A stretch of 64,000 bases of DNA. Origin: Daphnia carinata. Its lineage: Eukaryota. Shown piece by piece: positions 59,156 to 64,000 of the stretch. Location: contig NC_081333.1 of assembly GCF_022539665.2 (NCBI RefSeq), forward strand, positions 3,906,001 through 3,970,000. The letters are read 5' to 3'. The translations under genes were made by a program, and so were the position numbers. Each line of letters begins with the position of its first letter. Position 1 is the first letter of the stretch. Under the pieces are notes generated by a model. It saw only the letters and a program-made list of their open reading frames with translations, had not been told where the DNA came from and did not search any database.

Positions 59156-60071
59156 ACAGAAAAAATGTAGAACAGAATGAAACAAATAAGATTATATAGA
59201 GAGGTCAAGAAGTAAAATCTAGCGAGGACGGTCTATCTAGCGAGTAAAGGTAGACAGCAGACTACACGCGTTAAGCCAATCTAAAAATATGCCTGAAAAA
59301 AAACTGTCCCATGAGCCACGGTTTAAGGCGCCTCTTGTGGACGCAAAAGTCATTACGAGAAATTTTATCCGCCACAAATTAAATGTTTTTAAACATTTAA
59401 AGTACTTATCCAAATGAAAATTTAACTTAAGAAAATTTATGTTTGAGTAATATAAAGACGTTATCGTGTATTATTTTCACATCGCAACAACCAATAATGA
59501 CTTTATATTACTCAAACATATTATTTATATCTAAAACAAGCTATTATTCTCATTGCTATTAGAATTACATTCATTATAATTGCTGCAGCACAAAATGGAA
59601 AGTTAATAGTTAATAGTAGTAATAATGAAGTTAAGTAAGTAGAATATAACAAAATAATTAGTGTATAGTTATATTTTAATGAAATAAAGTTATTAATTAA
59701 AAAATTATATATTTATATGGCTAGAATTCGTAAAGTTGTATTTAGAAAATTAAGTAGGAATCTGGCCGATAGATGGCCATAGCTGTAAAAAAGAAAAAAA
59801 AGGCCGAAATTTTTTTTTTGGGGGTAAAACGGATTGCCATACCAGAAACTTGTATCGAATGACTTTTACAGGGAATGCCATCTATCGAGAGAAATATCAT
59901 AAAAACAAGGTCAGTGGTGAACTATATCATCCCACCTAGACCGAATCCCTATCTGGAAATTGGATTGTTTCATTGAGGTAGATAAAGAAACGGTTTGTTA
60001 CAAGCGAATTTGAGTTTTGTACGCGACTATAGGTTATATAAGACACAAATATTTCTTAGGAACTACAGAAC

Positions 60072-61776
60072 ATGTTAGCGTCAAATACCATCAACAAAGC
60101 TGGTAAAAGAGAAGAGGATTCCGAACAGAAAGGTTGTTCGACTTCCAAGAAACAAAAAGTAGAGTACGGTGAGCCTTACCTGTTTTTTATAGCTGAATTG
60201 AAAATATCGTTTCTTGTTTGTATCGTAGATGTGTTTGTAAGAAACGGGATAAACTGCTTTAAAAGTGAAGAATATGGTTCGGTGTACTTTTCCTGTTTTA
60301 ATCCAGTCTGGCCTATCCTAGGATGTGGGTTAAGTGATGGAAAGGTTCTAATAATTGAAGGAAAAAGGCAAGCCGATTTAGTTAGCATATGGGAAAATAA
60401 AACATGGAACAAAGTAAATGCAATGTCGGCTATGACCGATCTCGGATGGAACGTAAATGAAAAAGCTCCCAGTTTATTTCAAATAATTTACTAAATTATT
60501 GTTAAATTTCATTAGATGGACGGCAGCCTTTTGCTCACCGCATTTCTGGATGGGCAAATTGTACTATGGAACAAAAACATCAAAACTTCAATGGAAATTA
60601 AAGATCCCAGTGGTGAACAAGTGTGGGCTGCTACATGGAATCCTTTCTTGCCTACTATATTCGCAACTCGAAGTGATCAGGTATATCATGTGCGCTAAAC
60701 TAATAACATTAATAATTGTACCTCTTTGGCAGACTGTTCTAATATGGGATCATGCCCATAACCAACCGGAAACACCTAAACAGAGATTCGCCTACCACTC
60801 TAGTCTGTTAAGAGACTTAGTATGGATCTCGGAGGATCAGTTTTTTTCATGTTCCGATGGCGGGTTCATTCTGCTATGCCAAATTGGAATTGAATCGCCC
60901 ATAAAATCTTTCGATCACGAAGTAGTAGCAATTTATAAATAATAATTGCTTTGGCAATAGAAAGCTTTCTCTTTGTTTTGGTTTTTTTCTTGCACAGGAT
61001 GCAGTGCTATCCTTGTCTTGGAACAGTACTTTGAATCTTTTGGGATGCTTATCACGGAACGGATCAATAATGGTGAAAAAAACAACAAGATATTTTTTTT
61101 GTTTTGTTCATTCTTTTTACATACAGCTCAAACGCTGTTTCTGTACAGGTATGGTCGATCGAGACCAACGAGCCTATTTATTTAGTAAAAAATGAAAGAA
61201 TGAAAAGACCCACGTGTTTAGCTTGGTACCTTGATGATGATTCGATAGCTGAATCAAGTTGGATTGCCTGGTTAAAATTTCATGAAATGTTTCATATTAA
61301 TTTCATCAACTGAACCTGTTTGCTTACGGTACAGCGGATTAGAGGATGGATCTGTAGTCTTATGGGATAGCCGTGGCAATAGCGATCCAGTCCTTAGTTT
61401 GCCCGTACAAACCAATTCCATCTGGGATGTCTCCTTTTCTCCTGACGGCCTGTTTTTAGCTTCTATCGATTTGCAAGGAAACTTGGTTATTTGGACAACT
61501 AAGGTAAATACTTTTAGATTCACACTACCTCCTTATAGAACGCCGGAAGTTTTTCACGCAGACCTGGCAAATCGTATTTCAATCGAACTTGTCCTTCCGC
61601 GCGTCAAAAAGAATCTTGCAATGGGGAGCAGGTGGACGTAAATTAGCTATTGCTAATCCAAGTGAACAGGTACCAACCAAAACTCTAACGAAAAATAGGT
61701 TAAGGTAAATTACTTTTCTACTTTTTTTCAGATTCACCTAATTGAGGCTGTTGAGTTGGTGAAGAATAAACATTAA
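60072..61776 (+). CDS. Divergent TBL1/ebi-like WD40 repeat protein lacking N-terminal LisH region
   Basis: Exons splice into an open frame; QRFAYHSSLLRDLVWISEDQFFSCSDG..SPIKSF and VSFSPDGLFLAS..IW resemble TBL1 blades. Confidence 0.65.
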
Positions 61777-62783
61777 ACAACATTTTTTGAAAATATTTGA
61801 CGTAATAGATTAGCACTTCCACATTATATGCATGAGTGATAAATAAGAGCCTTGCTCCTAAGTATTTGCTTATCAAGATTCCAAAACCCCTTCTGGACAC
61901 GAAAGAACTACAGAGATGACCGTAAATCGTTACATAGGAATAGATAACTCATCCTTTTACGATTTTCCTAGTCTCATTGTTATACATGTCGCTTGTTCAG
62001 AAGGGATTTTGGAATCTTGCTATGTAAACTTATTACATAGCACTTGGACAACTCATTCTTACTTTTAGGATTTTTTTTCGTGTCTTGCTTTGTCGGTCAT
62101 CCTTCCCATCAACCATCTACTGTGTGACATCGCAATGTCGTTACCTCTAGATTTGTTTATCCATAGCGAAATATTGCGACATTGTTTTCTCATTCTGCAA
62201 GGTTGATTTACAGCAATACACAATATGAAATCGAGGATAAATAAGGGAAGGGAAATATACATACTTGAGTAATTTACAAGGACACAAAAGATACACTACT
62301 CCTAGGAATTGATCGAGAAACAAAGTAAATGCCTAGCAGACGAACCATTAACCAGCTCCAAGGCACTGGGAAAAACGTTATTATGCGTCAAAAACGAATC
62401 GCTCGGCACTAGGCTCTACTGCACCCGGTAAAAATTATTCGTATCCGTTGCAACATCGACAACGTTAAACACCTGCAACATAACGCGTACCATACTAGAA
62501 CATAAAGACTAGACTCACAAATTATACCAGCTCAGCTGGTTATGTGCTTCTGGCTTTCTGTTGCGTGTTGTCTGCTATTTCCAACTTCTGCGCGCTCTGT
62601 CTCTTTATCATGGGGTAACATTGAAATTAGGCAACGCTGCAGATCCAGTTTGATTTGTCAGTTTCAAAATAAGTTTACCTGTCAAGTGTGAAACTCGATT
62701 GGTCTCGTTTGTGATTAAAACACCGATTCCGACAAACCGAACCGATAAACCGCGTAAAGGAATTAATTTTCTTTATTCAGATT

Positions 62784-64000
62784 ATGGCTTCCAACATTTC
62801 TGCAGCCAGCTGTGAAGCGAGTACACCTGTAGAAAATGAAGTTGCTATCGAGCTGGACTATTTCAATACGCTTTTCGTATATCTCAGACTCTTGAAGTTT
62901 GACAACAAATCCATGTCGGAAAAACATAAAATAAAGTTTGATAAAGACCTTTTCAGAGTTCCCAATCAAAAGGCTTTCCAACTTGTTATACACTTCCTGT
63001 TCAATAAACTTGATGGGTCACGATCAAAGGAAGTTTTTCGTGATGTTTGGCCTATCACTGACAAAAAACAAGAGGCAGAGTTCCGAAAGCAAGTTAGGCT
63101 TTGGTTAGCTGAAGTGCAAGAGGTACCAGTCTCAATTGGTTTGATTTTTTTGTTTGAAAACTAATTGCAAACTGTTACAGAATAATAAAGAGGCTTTCCA
63201 ATTTGATGGCCGCCACATCAATCCCTCAATGTTTCTGTCCCCAGGAGGAGAAAAGTTTGCTCAGCTAATGTGTGCTTTGGCTTCACACATCCTTGACAAA
63301 ATACCAGTGCGAAACTCACCACTGGAACCACCACCTGTTTTCAATTCAAATCCGTTAATCACAAATCTAAAACTTTTAGTACTCAAGGGACATCTCCATT
63401 CTGAATTTGAAGCACATGTAAGGATAACAAATAATTTCCGAGAAGAATATCAACACTACAAACAGCTAGCAAGGTATTTTGCTTTTGTGCATGTATGTAT
63501 CAAAGCTATTTATGTTACCACTTTGTTGTTATAGAGAATTACAAGCAGAATACAGAGAATTGTGTGAAGAAGAAGTGAGAGCTAAGAAGGAGCTGTGTTT
63601 AATAGCTGAAAGCTCTGGTCTACCAGAACTCAAAAGAAAAGCTCTCATCGATCTTGATAATAACGAAATCTGCTTAGGTATCAGTTCATCCATGGCATTT
63701 TATGAGGAAAAGTAACAACTACAAAATGATTGCTATCGCAGAATTGGCCACCGAGATTGAAAAGGAAAACGAAAACCTAAACACGCTCATGAAAGGATTG
63801 TTAATTTACGAGGAATCCTTCAAGAAATCGTGGAACATTATCAAGGATGTTATTGAAATGACTAAAGGACGGCAAGCGAGTATAAATGGAAGAAAATTAA
63901 TCAGTTCCTTCCCTACCGATTTCATCGAACAATACCAAACTATACATAGCGTAATTCCTCCATTCCCTGATTTTAGTTTATATTATGTAACGTTATTATT
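62784..64000 (+). CDS. HAUS6: HAUS augmin-like complex subunit 6 (Dgt6), partial
   Basis: FRVPNQKAFQLVIHFLFNKLD..FRDVWPITDKKQEAEFRKQVRLWL; SMFLSPGGEKF. Confidence 0.88.

Overview
AT-rich, gene-dense eukaryotic DNA with many ~55-75 bp GT-AG introns; the architecture and gene set suggest a compact arthropod genome such as Daphnia (inference). Spliced genes in order: TPST (partial), MTO1, GOSR1, an orphan, CLIP-190/CLIP1, RPB11, ERK, SLC25A1, NADPH-P450 reductase, FABP, two tandem DHRS7, DALRD3, SUPT3H, HEATR6, bleomycin hydrolase, an orphan, EF1-alpha, a TBL1-like WD40 gene and HAUS6 (partial). The unusual part is a terminal-inverted-repeat (TIR) family with ends TATGGCAATCCGTTTTAC. It occurs as a 732 bp foldback MITE in the SUPT3H/HEATR6 divergent promoter and as an ~8.7 kb composite (51169-59841) inserted just after the EF1-alpha poly(A) signal. 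The composite holds a ~5.2 kb palindrome whose arms carry convergent copies of a decayed intron-containing gene, a ~620 bp tract apparently identical between arms, three tRNA-like motifs at the centre, and a captured intron-retaining vasa pseudogene lying antisense to EF1-alpha. All alignments were done by eye; exon boundaries are manual calls.
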